64,000 nucleotides of DNA from Eledone cirrhosa (GCA_964016885.1 OZ024741.1:377704001-377768000); one strand, 5' to 3'; numbered from the stretch's first letter, positions 29,486 to 42,734 are shown. Notes: generated from the sequence alone by a model not told the origin. Made by a program: numbers and translations.

Positions 29486-29629
29486 TTTACCTCGCCTTAT
29501 ATTTTTACCTCCTCTTAGCCCCCCCCCATATATTCTTTTTGTTTTGCCCTTCACATACCTATGTGTATGTGTATGCATTTTTGTGTGTATATATATATGT
29601 GTATGTATGTATATATGTACGTATATGTT

Positions 29630-29692
<63 letters not shown>

Positions 29693-29699
29693 GTATGTT

Positions 29700-29731
<32 letters not shown>

Positions 29732-29794
29732 TGTGTGTATATAATTGTATATTTGTGTGTGTATATGTATGTATATGTGGATAAACCAGGCTTT

Positions 29795-29854
29795 TTTTCA
29801 TTCTGAAGATTGAAGGAAACTTTTTTTGCTTTTAAGAAACCTCTGGTGAATGGA
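29795..29854 (+). ncRNA. Decayed hammerhead paralogue (GUG triplet)
   Basis: CTGAAGA (29803), mismatched stem II, GAAA (29836), GTG instead of NUH. Confidence 0.6.
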
Positions 29855-30005
29855 TTAATTGCCTTGTATGACTTTATTACTTTACTACTATATATACGTT
29901 TATGTAAGGTTCATTTGTCTTATCTAATACAGAGCTTTACACATACACACATGTATATGTGTGTGTGTATGTGTATGCATGTGTGTATGTGTACGTGTAT
30001 GTGTG

Positions 30006-30040
<35 letters not shown>

Positions 30041-30316
30041 GTATGTATATGTATATATATATATATATGTATATGTATATATGTGTATATGTATGTGTAT
30101 GTATGTATATGTGTGCGTGTGTATGTATATGTGTGCGTGTGTATTTATTTATTTTTATGTATGTGTGGGTGTGTGTGTGGGTATGTGTGTGTTTGTATTT
30201 GGTTGTGCGTGCTTTTGATATATACGTATTTGCATGTGTATAATTGTTTAGCTATGTATGTATATGTGTGTTTACGTATTTATATGTGTGTGTGCGTTTA
30301 TATTTTTATATTTTTG

Positions 30317-30363
<47 letters not shown>

Positions 30364-30817
30364 ATATGATTACATATACATGTGTGTGTTTATATTATAT
30401 ACGTGTACGTGTTTGTGTATGTATGTGTATGTACGTGTTTATGTATTTGTATATGTATATTTATGTGTGAGAGTGTGTGTATGTGTTTACTATTTCGTAC
30501 GTATGTAGTGTGCTTTTGTGTGTATTACTTACCACGCGTGTCTGTCCTGTTAGATGGGGCACGTATCGCTGTCAAAAATTTGTTAATATATATTTATATA
30601 TTTTTTTCTTATATTTATTTGTGTGTGTGAATATGTAGTGGAGTGCATTCATGTATGTGTATGTATGTACGTTGTATGTTTGTGTGAATGTATGTATGTG
30701 TATATATATGCGTGTGTGTATGTGTATGCTTGTACACACACATGTGTGTGTGTGTGTGTGTGTATATGTGTATATATGTATATATATATATATATGTACA
30801 TGTATATATATGTGTGT

Positions 30818-30859
<42 letters not shown>

Positions 30860-31142
30860 ATGAATGTATGTATGTGTATATGTGTGTATATATGTGTATG
30901 TGTGTGTAGGTGTACGCTTTTTATATATATATATATATATATGTGTATATGTATGTGTGTATGCGTACATTTATATATATGTATATATGTATGTGTGTGT
31001 AAGTATGCTTTTGTGTTTTTTTGTGTGTGTTTGCATGTGTAGTTTTATTTTATTTTTCCTTTCCTTCTCCCTTTTCCAGCCTCACTTTCATATAGATTGC
31101 ATTTTTGTTTTTAGAATCCATATTCAATAAACAAACCAGGAT

Positions 31143-31203
31143 TTTTCATTCTGAGGATTGAAAGCAAAACCTTTTGCTTTTAAGAAACCACTGGTAAATG
31201 GAA
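31143..31203 (+). ncRNA. Type I hammerhead ribozyme (inverted pLTR)
   Basis: TTTTCATT-CTGAGGA-TTGAAAGCAAAA cc TTTTGCTTTTAA-GAAA-CCA c TGG-TA-AATGGAA. Confidence 0.88.
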
Positions 31204-31492
31204 TAATTGCCTTATGTTGTTTATTACATAATAATAATAATTAAGCTCTGTTGCATACATAGAGCACTCTTTTTTCCTGGACTTTTCCGATGGAATTACT
31301 TCACATATATATATACATCCTGTGTTATTACCTTTATGATTTTTTGTCTTTAATTTTCCGGTGTTTACTCCCTCCCTACGTTTTTCTGGTTCCTTTTCCC
31401 ATCCCCGTCTCTGCCTATCCTTCGCACTTACCCCTTCGTTCACTCCACCCCGCCCTCTCTTCTCCCCCCCCTGCTTTCACCCAACGCCCATC

Positions 31493-34182
31493 ATGGCCAA
31501 CCTGAGATCCTTTCTCCACCAACTCCACAATCGCCTCAAACGTTTCCTCACCCCCCTCCTTCCACCCTGCTATCTCCCCTCCGCCCTTCAACTCTCCTAC
31601 CTTCTCTTCGCCAAAACCCGGCACTCCAGCCACATCCGTTTCCTCAGCAACTGCCTCCGCCTCCACCTTATCCCCCTTGGCTTCCGTCTACACTTCCACC
31701 CCTCCCCCGCTGCCTCCCTCTCCGCGCAACGTATCCTCACCCGATCCTCACGCCTTCTGATGCGCAACTCCATCCGCGCCTCCCGTTCCACCCTCCGCCT
31801 ACTTGACCACCAACTGACCCCCACCCTCCTCCGCCTTTACTCCACCTGCCACCCCCTCCTCGCCCAAGCCATCCTCTCCTTCATCCACAACCTCAACCAC
31901 AACCTCTTCTCGTTCCTCAGCTCCACCAAAGCCCGCAAGCTACACTCACTCCTCCCCCCCCATCAACCACCACCCGCCCATCCCCATACACCCCCCCTTC
32001 CCTCCCCTAACACCCAAACCCCACCCCTTGTTGTCACCATACCCCCTGACCTCCCCCTCTCCGCACCTGAGCGCTCACTCCTTAGTAGAGGCCTTCGCTT
32101 CATACCCCCACACTCCGCTCAGCGACGAGTTCCGCACCCGAACGGAAGTCGAGCGATTCGTGCGACGCACTAAGCTACAGGCACATTTCGGTCAAACGCC
32201 ACCGGCTCCGGACGCCCCAGACCCGTTTCTCGCCCTGGGCCGACGACCATCTTCTTGGACGCCGGCCCCAGGGCAATTTAGCACCCTGGACGCCTTCGTC
32301 GATGCCAGCCGTAGCGCAGTAAATCGTTTCGACTTCCGCCACCGTTCCAAACGGCACAACATCTCACGGGGCGAACTCCTCGCTCTCCGCTCCCTCCGTA
32401 GCCGAGATGACATCGTCATCAAACCGGCGGACGAGGGAGGCGCCGTGGTGGTATGGCGCGCGGACCTCTACAAGGCCGAAGCCCTCAGGCAGCTCTGTAA
32501 CCCACTCTTTTACCGCCCTCTACCCTCCGATCCCACCCCCCTCTACCAACAACAAGTCTCCTCCACCATCAAAGACCTTATCGCCTCCTCCTCCCCCCCA
32601 CCGCTTCCCACCTCATCGTCCGCACACCCCGCACCCCCACCATCTACTCTCCTCCCCAAACTCCACAAACCCGACAACCCCGGCCGTCCCATCGTCTCCG
32701 CTTGCAACTGCCACACCGAACTCATCTCCGCCTTTCTCGACTCCCTCCTCGCCCCCCTTGTCACCACCCTCCCCTCCCACATCTCTGACACCAACCACGC
32801 CCTGCGCCTTTTCGACTCCTTCACCTACCCACCCGGCCCTCAGCCATTCCTCTTCACCCTAGACATCAAGTCCCTCTATACCGTCATCCCCCACGCCGAC
32901 GGCCTTCGCGCCCTCAAACACTACCTCGACCTTCGCCCCTCCCCCATTCCCTCCACCCCCACCCTCCTTCGCCTCGCCGAGCTGGTCCTCACCCTAAATT
33001 GTTTCTCCTTCTCGGGTGAGTTTTACCAACAGGTCACGGGGGTAGCCATGGGCACAAGAATGGGCCCGAACTATGCCAACCTTTTTGTTGGCCATGTTGA
33101 GGCCCAAATCTTTGCCCTGTACACCGGCCCCACGCCCGAACTGTACGGTCGTTACATTGACGACTGTATCGGAGCCACGACCCTCACCCGAGTACAGCTC
33201 GACTCCTTCCTCTCCTTCTTCTGCTCCTTCCACCCCTCCCTCCACTTCACCACCTCTATCTCCACCACCCACGTCCACTTCTTGGACATCTCCGTTGCCT
33301 TCGACCCCTCCCACCACTCCCTCGTCACCTCCGCCTTCTTCAAACCCACCGACTCCCACTCTTACCTCGACTTCACCTCTTCCCATCCCACCCACACTAA
33401 ACTCTCCATTCCCTACTCCCAACTTCTGCCGAGATGCTGACTTCGAGTCCCAAGCCCTTTTCCTAGTCAGCCATTTCATCCGCAGAGGTTACCCCCCCTC
33501 TCTCGTCCACACCGCTCTCACCCGCGCCCGTGCTATCCCCCGCTCTACCACCCTCACCCCACGCCACCGCACACCCACCCACCGTCTCCCCTTCCCCATC
33601 ACCTACCACCCCTCCACCTTACTCCTCCACCGCACCATCCGCCGCCTCTTCCGACACCTCCAGTCCGACCCCTCCACCTCCCACATCTTCCCAACCCCAC
33701 CACTCCCCTCCTTCATTCGCGCACGCAATCTCCGCACCCTCCTCGTCCACAGCTCCCTACCCCCCAACCCACGCTCCGTTCCCCCCCCCGGTTCCTTCCC
33801 CTGTTCTAGGCCCCGCTGCAACACCTGTCCCCACATCACCAACACCACCACCTTCCAGGGTCCCAACGGCCACCCTCTCTCGGTTCGGCATGCCTTCCGC
33901 TGCACCTCCTCCAACCTAGTCTACGGACTTCGTTGCACGAGGTGCAGCGCGACTTATGTCGGACAGACGGGACGCCGCCTGGCGGACCGAGTCACGGAGC
34001 ACCTCTGGGACATTCGTCTCAGGGGCAGTTCCCCCATCGCCCGCCACTTTGGTGGCCCTGGACACTCTGCACACCATCTCACAGTCTGTGGCCTACTCCA
34101 GTGCCACGGAACACCCGCCCATCGCCTCACGGTCGAACAACGTACTATCTTCATCTTACAGACCCACACCCCCCCGGCCTGA
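31493..34182 (+). pseudogene. PLE polyprotein (N-term, RT, GIY-YIG) with frameshifts at ~32105, ~32590-32650 and a small deletion at ~33425
   Basis: IKPADEGGAVVVW, LPKLHKPDNPGRPIVS, LDIKSLYT, GVAMGTRMGP, YGRYIDD, FLD, KPTDSHSYL..SSHP; CSRPRCNTC, LVYGLRCTRC..YVGQTGRRL.DR..EH. Confidence 0.93.
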
Positions 34183-34681
34183 ACTCCCCACCCTTATTCC
34201 TTTAGCGTTCGACCGCCCTCCTCCCCCACTTATCCCCCACTAACACCACTAACACACCCCTCCTTTTCACCGCCCACCCCACACTAACAATACTAACACC
34301 CCCACTCCACCCCTCATCTAACCACCCCTCCCCAACTAACATACTAAAATCCCTTCCCTCCCCTCTTCTCCTCCTCCCCCCTCCTTATCACACGCACACA
34401 CTTACACCACCCACCCCACACGCAACTAACATCACTAACACCCTCCAACCCCACGCACACGTACCCACTCACCCTCGTACACCACCAACTCTACACACCC
34501 TACCCCCACTAACCCCCACTCACACCTGCATTCCACCCCTCCCCACCTCCCGTCTACTAACACCCACTAACACCTCCTCACCAAACTACACACACACCAG
34601 TACACCACACTCCCTCCATAGAACCACACACACCCTTCTCTCCCCACTCCACACTCACTCATCCCACTAACACCCCTACTA

Positions 34682-34720
<39 letters not shown>

Positions 34721-35554
34721 CCTCACTCCAACTCTCACACCTACCCATCCTCGCCTCCCTACCATTCCGCTGACTGCTGCTATGCCCTTCCGACCACTGT
34801 CTCAGCACCCACTGACCACAGCACTTCCACTGCTGACCACTTCCTGTTGCGCGCGCACCCCACATCTCTCCTCTTCCGACCACCGCTTCTTGGATTACCC
34901 ACACGCGTTTTGACTTCCAACCAAAATCTCCATACAACCTTGTAACTTACCACTTTTCAACCATCCTCTAACACCATCACCTATATAACTCACCCACACA
35001 CACATCCCAAAACAAATTTTTTTATCCACACGCCACCCACACCCACAACACGCTTAAACCACACACACATGCTTCTCACCACATATTTACATCCTCAGCC
35101 CCCTGATTCCTCTCCCCCCACCCGCTATCCACACACGCACAGACCCTCCGACACACAACCCCCCCCCCCACACACACACACCTTCCTGAACATGCAACCC
35201 CGTTCTTCCCCCAACCCTCACTTTCACATACACACACACACACACACGCACACCTAACCACACACACCACCTTCAGCCCTCCCCCTCGGACACCCCGTCT
35301 CCCTCTCCCCACTCCACCCGCCTCCACCTCTACTCACCCCACACCCTTCCACCACCTGTTTACCCCCCTTTTAATTTCAGTTTATTTTGATCATGCTATT
35401 ATTTTTAAATGTTCTCATTCCTAGTATTTTGATCATGCTTTATTTTTATTTATTATTTATTATAATTTTGTCTTTATTTGTTAATTTTTCATTCGCACCG
35501 TTTCCTTTCGCTATATGTCTCTCCACCACTCCCCTACACACCTTTTGAACTCTT

Positions 35555-35586
35555 ACCTGAAGAAGGGCTTATGCCCGAAACGTCGT
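35555..35586 (+). ncRNA. Minimal type I hammerhead ribozyme
   Basis: AC-CTGAAGA-A-GGGC ttat GCCC-GAAA-CGTC-GT. Palindromic ACGT stem III, GUC triplet, only 2-bp stem I. Confidence 0.75.
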
Positions 35587-35671
35587 CCTCCACCTACCCC
35601 CCACTCTCCTGAGCGTGAAGCTAATAAACATTTGTCGTACTGCCTCTCTGTTCTGTCCCTGTTCAATTTTT

Positions 35672-35720
<49 letters not shown>

Positions 35721-36325
35721 GTATAGCAACCACTTAGGCTACATAAAAACTAATGATTTGCTAATGATAGTTAATGGTATAATCATTACAGAATTTGGAA
35801 TTCTAAAATCTTTTCATTAAGAGGAATTACTACTTCCTAAATGTTACTGAGAAACAAAATAAAATGTTAGGAGGAAAATAACGAGAAACGCTGCAGATAT
35901 AAATCAGCAAACGAAAGTGTTTATATTTTTGAAACGGATCATGGCGTCAAAATGATTTTTGTTTTAAATATTTTGATCAGTGCATTGCTCTCGATCAACC
36001 TCTGAGTATTATAGCTAGGACTTGCATGCATGGGTCCCAATCTACTAAAGTGTATGTCTAAAATTCAATGAGTTGCTTCAGCTCGTAAACGTAAGCAGAA
36101 ATCTATAAGATTATAGTTTAATTAAGCCTCAACGAAAACTGGAAGATATGTAGTCTTGATGAACGCTAATAAGTGAGAAACGATGATATTGTCGATACTT
36201 TTTCCTGTTTTTGCTAAAGCTAGGAGCCCAATAATAGTGATGAACTTACAAATTCATAGCGTAAGGCCTTCAGATATTTCCATAAAGATCCCGTGTAATA
36301 TTGAACATAAAATACGTATATTTCT

Positions 36326-37000
36326 AGAGGGTGCTCCTTTAAAAAAAGTAAAATAATTGAATATCTCGGGCAAAAATATATTTATTGGAAAACTAAAAAG
36401 AGGCATAAGAATGTAAACAATCAAAAGAGAGAATCCACTCAAAGACGTCACCGTTAGCATCTATCGCCGCCTTGATCCGGCTCCGGAATTTTGTACTTGA
36501 GACATTCATGGTATCCTTAGTCAGAGCCTCAAACGCTTTCTTTTTTTATCTCGATCAGCTGGCACTTTGTGGTGCACGCATTGTTGTTATTGCCGTTCTC
36601 AACCTCGTCGCAAACGAAATAATCCATAGGATTGCAATTAGTGGAGTTAGGTGGCCAAATGTCGGTTTTGGTAAAATTGTACAAGTTCTCTGACAACCAC
36701 TACAGAGTCTTGCCAGAGATTTGCCAGGAGCTGCATTTTTGCTGCATACAAAAATTGTCTTCCAGAAGCCACCCTCACCAACGAAGGCTGAATACCACAT
36801 TAATCAGCTACTCTAATTCAGACACTGTACAAATATGTGAGGTGGCCTCACAAAACAATCATGGGAGACACATACAAAAATCACGAGGAACGTCATATGA
36901 ATTGAAGGCAAGTCATCTGTTATTCTATGTGTTGTGCATCTGGTTCTGCGAATATTTATTTTCATCGTGGAAGAAACAAATTTTCCGTGGTTCCCCAAGA
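36326..37000 (-). mobile_element. Tc1/mariner transposon relic (DDD domain end + putative TIR)
   Basis: Minus strand frames give ..QQ..AP..WLSEN..WPPNSTNCNPMDYFV. TA-GAGGGTG terminus at ~36325. Confidence 0.7.
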
Positions 37001-37213
37001 TCCTTCCCTTTTTTTAGGTGTTCTTTAGCCTTTGTCAGATGGTGGTCTCGACTATTTTCTATAAGATGGTGGCCTTTACGGCTCTTTTAAGTGTGGTAGC
37101 GGAGATCCTCATTCAATACAATTTCGTCTTCAGTTGTTGGATACATTCTGGTTTACAGATTCATTCAGACCATCTTCTGTGTTATTTCATACAAGCCACA
37201 GTCTCGCTTTATA

Positions 37214-37348
<135 letters not shown>

Positions 37349-40300
37349 CAAAGGGTATATATTTACACAAAGTCACATATACATATATGCGTCGTTTTGC
37401 AACCATTCACTTTGTGGCCCAATGAAGAATTAATTAAATAATTATTTATCAGATCAATTTTTAAAAATGTAATTCCAAAGAATCATTACATAAAATATAT
37501 ACAGTATTTCCTCTCCCAATCAGTATAAATTAACAACACAAAAATCATTTAAACGAGGCTATAAGTTTGATATGTACTTATGAAGAAATAATAGATAAAT
37601 GATGCATATTCTTTTCCGCGATGTACACCTATATGACACTTACCTAGTATTACTCCTAGCCTGTAGGATTGACTAGACAAATAGTTAACTATACGGAATT
37701 AGGTACAACATTGAAGTTAGAAGAAAAAATGAAATGAGGTCAGCCATCTTAAGCATTCATGTTGTGGTGCAAAGATTTTAAATTTCAAATGTCTCCAAAA
37801 TGTATGTCTGTGTGTCTAAATAATCCTTTAAATAAATAGATAAATATTTCGATAGTTAGGTAGATATATGTAGGAAAGCAATCGGGAAAAATGAAGCGGA
37901 GACAGTATAACGGAATTAAATCGATATGCAATACTTAGAATTACTCTTGAAAGACATTGAAAGAAGTAGAAATGTATGGCATCAAAATTAATGTCTAAAA
38001 GTGGCATGTAATAAGAATGGAATTATTTTGGCTGCGCAGGAAACGACTGGGTGATAACTAACCAGAATATGTATACACATTCCACAAAAATAGTGAATGC
38101 ATAATAAGCTATACGTTTTGAAGGCACAACATGAAATCAACATTTTATTTATCGCGACGATTGCGTGTGTATCACATAGCTCTATATATGTCGAGAAGCG
38201 AAGTAAAACTTTGTCATATTATTTAATTTCTCCATTTTTCGTCATCTTAAATCAGTTCCATGTGGACATGTAATAAGAAAATCTTGAAATATGTTTAGCA
38301 GACATACTCAAACAAATCATACACTGTTGATTTTAATGATGTCTGTCCTCTCACATGTACGAAACTTGGTCATTAAGTGTTTAACATTGTTCATGTCGTT
38401 CAGTCTAAGATAAGAATATGTTTGTACCGAATTGTTACATACATTCGTTAAACATGTTGAATGCTTTGCTGTGTTGACAGGTATCAAGGTTTAGTAATTC
38501 TAGTTCAGTGAGAAATACTTATTGGGTGTATTAATTTACAGGTTTAGATTCCAGGTTTTCAATATTTACTAACTAGAGATAATGAAAATATCGGTGTATC
38601 ACTCTTTATTTGTACATTGATTATCATAGCAGATAATCCCTCAATGCAACGACGCTAAAATGTCTGAAGCAGGAGAAACACATAAGATATGGTTATTGGT
38701 TCATCAAATTAGACATAATATATAAAATACATATAGATATTAGGGAACATTCTTTGGTGTAAAGCTGTTATATGTAGCTGGAGGGATTATATAATAGTTC
38801 TATATATTATTCCTAAATATTTTCTCGAATTTGAATGATTAATGATTCTATGAGTATGTGTTAAACGAACGTAACAATACGTAAACGAAATATTTAATCA
38901 AAACATGGAATTATTATTGCATGTACGTGTCAAAACTAATTGATCCGTCACTGCGGATTAGTTATTGATATTAGGAGCCTGATATACAATTCATTTAGAC
39001 GGAAATTTGAACTTAGAAATATAAGGTGCCCTATTAGAAAAGGAAAGAAATATAATCCATTTAAACCAAGTCATCAAATTTGTAAAATCAGATTTTTTTT
39101 AGGTAGAATAGATTTAAGTACCACCCAGAGATTTTCTTTATCATCCGCCAAAAAGAATGCAATACTGTATATTATAACTGCAGGCAGCATAATGATATTA
39201 AATAAAATGTCCATATTATCTGAGTTGTTTGAATGAACAGACATTTCATACGCCCTCTTATAATGTACGTGAGTCGACATACACCACAACATAATAATAA
39301 AATGATATATTTTTATTTTCTATTAATAGGTATTACTGATTACTCAAGTAGAATTACTATACAGTTATAGATTTCGATATTCTAAAAATATAAGAATTAA
39401 TGATATTCCACTTTCATTAAAGTATCCGGATTAAGTTTAAACTATACTGTAAATTGCTACCAATTCAACAACAGATTCATAACCATTTAAAAAGAAACAC
39501 ACAGAGTTAATCGTTGAGATAGTTTTAACAGTTACACACTATACTTATATTAGGACATGATTTGAAAATTACGATCAATATACAAAGAAAAGTTCCTAAA
39601 CATACGGCAGATTTTATAAAAAAAGAAACTTGAATATTGTGAAAATTTGGTTTATTACTCAAAATCAATAAATGCATACGGTCCTAAAAGTCATAAATGC
39701 AGGTTAAGATAATGAAGCTAATGGCAATGATAATACTACTGTTGAAATATAATACGCAATTTTTTCTAATTTTCCCAAATGTAAACTTGCATAAAGATCC
39801 AAATGACATATTATAATACAAATTTAGTTTAGTCATCAGTACACATTTCAAACGATATTTTCATGTCCGAGACGTCATAAAGGGATTGCGTCTTTTGAAA
39901 GAAATATAACTGAAGGTTTCCTTTTCTTGAAAACAAATGTTATCTCCATTAACCAATCCGATTCCAGACACCGTTTAAGCAACATTAATGCTATGGAAAA
40001 TGACATTATCTTTTCTCCTATTTCTAATTGCATGATCCTAAAAGTGTTCACATTGACTATATTTGTTTTTCAGTACATTAAGTCTATTGACTTAAATTTT
40101 AAATGTTAAATTCTAGTACATTGACCGATAATTGTTTTGGACGGTTTTATACCAAGGAACTGAAATCAGTCTACGAAAGTGTTTGTATTAATATATTTCC
40201 ATTTATATTTAACCGCATCCGCCATAATTTTATGTGGGAACATTTGTAAGTTTATATTCCAAACACTAAGCAGCTTACGAGTTGCTACTAGTTACTAGCA

Positions 40301-40429
40301 GAAAAACCGCCCTTCGACCGATTTTCTACTGGCATATTTATTGTGCATATTGGTATAATACGCAAATATTTATTTATATAGATTTATGTAAATTGAAAAG
40401 TAAATTGACAACATCTTTTTGTTCTTCGC

Positions 40430-41000
40430 CAACTTATTTCCGAGAGGCTCGTGGGTGCAGAGACCTTCTCAAACAGTCATTCCAGCCAATCCGTCAGAGG
40501 CAAACATCTCTAACTGATCTAGCTTGATCCCAAAGCCTTATCCAACTATCTTGCATAGCATATATCTCTGGGTCACTTTGCCTAGAACATCTATCCAGCA
40601 ATTCTTTCCTGAGACATTCTAACCCCATGTCCGTAGTATCGGAGCTATGATCTCTCAACTTGGAGAAGGAGTGACTCTCTCATCTCTGACCTATGCATTT
40701 TATCGAGTAACGTTACTCCAAAACCCTTCGGGGGAACCCCACTTTTGCCGCTTGTATTTGCAATTGTATTCATTCGGTCATTACCCAATATTCATGACCC
40801 TCGGTAAGGGTTGGCAGGAATACCAGGAAGTCAGTTTGACTTTTACACCTACCTCCCTTCTTCTGATTACAGAATGCTGAAGCTGGCGCATTACTGAATC
40901 AGCTTTTGCAATATTTGCAGTTATTTCAGTTAATTCAGCCTTCCAGCACTCATGAACACAGCCCAAGGTACCTGAACTTCTCTACCTGGTTCAGTAGAAA
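40430..41000 (-). mobile_element. Decayed RTE-clade (Expander/Rex3-like) LINE 3' fragment
   Basis: QVEKFRYLG.VF..EITANIAKADSVMRQLQHSVIRRREVGVKVKL; IQIQAAKVGF.RR. Confidence 0.75.
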
Positions 41001-41129
41001 TCCATTCATGTGCATATGTGTTTGAGGGACTCCAGTCCATCCGTCCGTCACACAAGTATGATACACACACACACACGCGCGCGCGCGCGCGTTTCTAATT
41101 TAAGAATGCCGATAAACTCACGCGTGCGC

Positions 41130-41410
41130 ACATACGCACTCTCCTATTACAACTTAATCTCTTTGGCCCGGACAAACATCCCCTCAATTTTAGAACCGTC
41201 TGGGTTGTCCAGAATTGATGGGAATTGACTGTGCCCCTGGTCAAGAGATCAGCAACCTATCTGGGACGTCACAGTTAGAGCTTATTTTGCTTCATCCCAC
41301 ATCCTGGATGCAGCGGTAAGGGTGACAGCTACAGCATCCACAGCTGAAGGGAACTAAAGCTTAATACACCATGAACTGTCGGCTAACTTCATTTTTCAGC
41401 CTGTGGCGTT
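41130..41410 (+). mobile_element. CRE-like non-LTR element, restriction-like endonuclease scrap
   Basis: SLARTNIPSILEPSGLSRIDG..LTVPWSRDQQPIWDVTV resembles the EP.GL.R.DG.RPDG...PW..G....WD.T motif. Confidence 0.65.
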
Positions 41411-42177
41411 CGAGCTGTTCTTATCTTCACTGGCGGCTCGCCAAACAGAGATAAATGGTGATGCAATTGATTGTTGCAGCCCCACAGCCTCACCATCACC
41501 GGATGTAACGTGGCAATCGTGCTGGCTTGCCTCAAACATTATGAGAGGTTTCCCACTGCTCCTGGCTATAATGCTATCTTTTGCTCTGGTAGCGGCTCGT
41601 TTGTCCACCCCTATTGCCTGCCTTTGATGTTTGTGGTCTTAGATGTGTGTATTACCTGCTAGTGTGATTTTTTTCTCTTTTCTTCCCTTTCCTTTGTGTA
41701 TATTATATATGTGTTTGTGGTTTCGTTCTGTACGCATTATATTATTATATTTTTCATACATCTGTGAAGAAACATGTTACAACAAATGATTTTAAAAAGA
41801 GAGTTAAACTGTGTTGTTAATAAATAAAAAAAAAGTCATTTTTCTCGGTACCTCCCATTTCCATTTTATCCAACGCTGCGATCATGTCTGTATGTGTATG
41901 CATGTATTTGTGTTAATGTATGTGTGTGTGTGCTTGTTTGTGTGAATCTATATTCGTGATTTTGTATTTGTGTAAGTTTACCCGTATTTGGGTGATCGTA
42001 GTTCTATACTCATACAAATACATTTAAGTAAATGCACATACACACACGTACACACATACACACACGTACACACATACACACACGGACACAAATGCACACA
42101 CATCTCAGCCTGATGAAAAGAAATTCTAATATCTACGTCATTCTCTTTCAGTCTTCCTCTCTCTCCCACTCTCTCTC

Positions 42178-42267
<90 letters not shown>

Positions 42268-42270
<3 letters not shown>

Positions 42271-42693
42271 GATAATAAATAAATGGAAACTATATTTATA
42301 AAACCATATTTATTTCATTATATATATTTCAGGGATATCATATTAAAAATATGTTATGCCTTCTTCAGACAAAATACAATATAAACAGTCTTATAAATAG
42401 ATAGATTCGACATACCTTTCAACTTCGACTTCTATTTTCAAATAGAAATCGAAGTTGAAAGGTATGTCGAATCTATCTATTTATAAGACTGTTTATATTG
42501 TATTTTGTCTGAAGAAGGCATAACATATTTTTAATATGATATCCCTGAAATATATATAATGAAATAAATATGGTTTTATAAATATAGTTTCCATTTATTT
42601 AATATCGTAAATATACTCCAAATACTTGTTGAGTGCTTTTATATCAGTTATAAATATTTACTCGTTGTTAACCCAACAATTTAAATAAAACTT

Positions 42694-42696
<3 letters not shown>
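42268..42696. mobile_element. Near-perfect 342 bp fold-back solo pLTR with two opposed HHRs + ~87 nt tail
   Basis: Arms 42268-42437/42440-42609 with a 2-nt loop and about two mismatches. HHRs at 42311-42376 (-) and 42501-42566 (+). Related to the 49340-49535 pLTR. Confidence 0.92.
42501..42566 (+). ncRNA. Type I hammerhead ribozyme (mirror copy at 42311-42376, minus)
   Basis: TATTTTGT-CTGAAGA-AGG..CATATT/AATATG..CCT-GAAA-TATATA-TA-ATGAAATA. Confidence 0.78.
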
Positions 42697-42733
<37 letters not shown>

Positions 42734-42734
42734 A

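Larger units (their letters stand above)
26456..31305 (-). mobile_element. 5'-truncated Naiad-like PLE with ~1.7 kb inverted pLTR arms
   Basis: Arms 26456-28164 and 29489-31241 are reverse complements, with a tail at 31241-31305. Central RT-EN on the minus strand; two HHR motifs per arm. Confidence 0.93.
31330..35672 (+). mobile_element. Near-full-length C-rich Neptune-like PLE
   Basis: 5' leader, ATG 31493, RT-EN to 34182, ~1.4 kb C/A-rich 3' UTR, HHR, AATAAA (35623), then (TA)n. Confidence 0.92.

Noticed and set aside
26564-31130. Dozens of overlapping ORFs rich in YI/CV/HT
   Set aside because: Translations of (TA)n/(TG)n/(CA)n microsatellites, not genes. The same applies across the window.
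29795-31203. Two tandem HHRs excising a ~1.35 kb circular RNA
   Set aside because: The inner HHR has a GUG triplet and a damaged stem II, so double cleavage is unlikely in these copies.
31415-34169. Gly/Glu/Arg-rich antisense and alternate-frame ORFs
   Set aside because: By-products of the C-rich, stop-poor composition of the PLE ORF.
37400-40300. Possible host-gene exons (e.g. minus 39125-39180 VIIYSIAFFLADDKENLWV between AG and GT; plus ~38631-38690)
   Set aside because: Short, no recognisable domain and no consistent multi-exon chain; RNA-seq or homology evidence would be needed.
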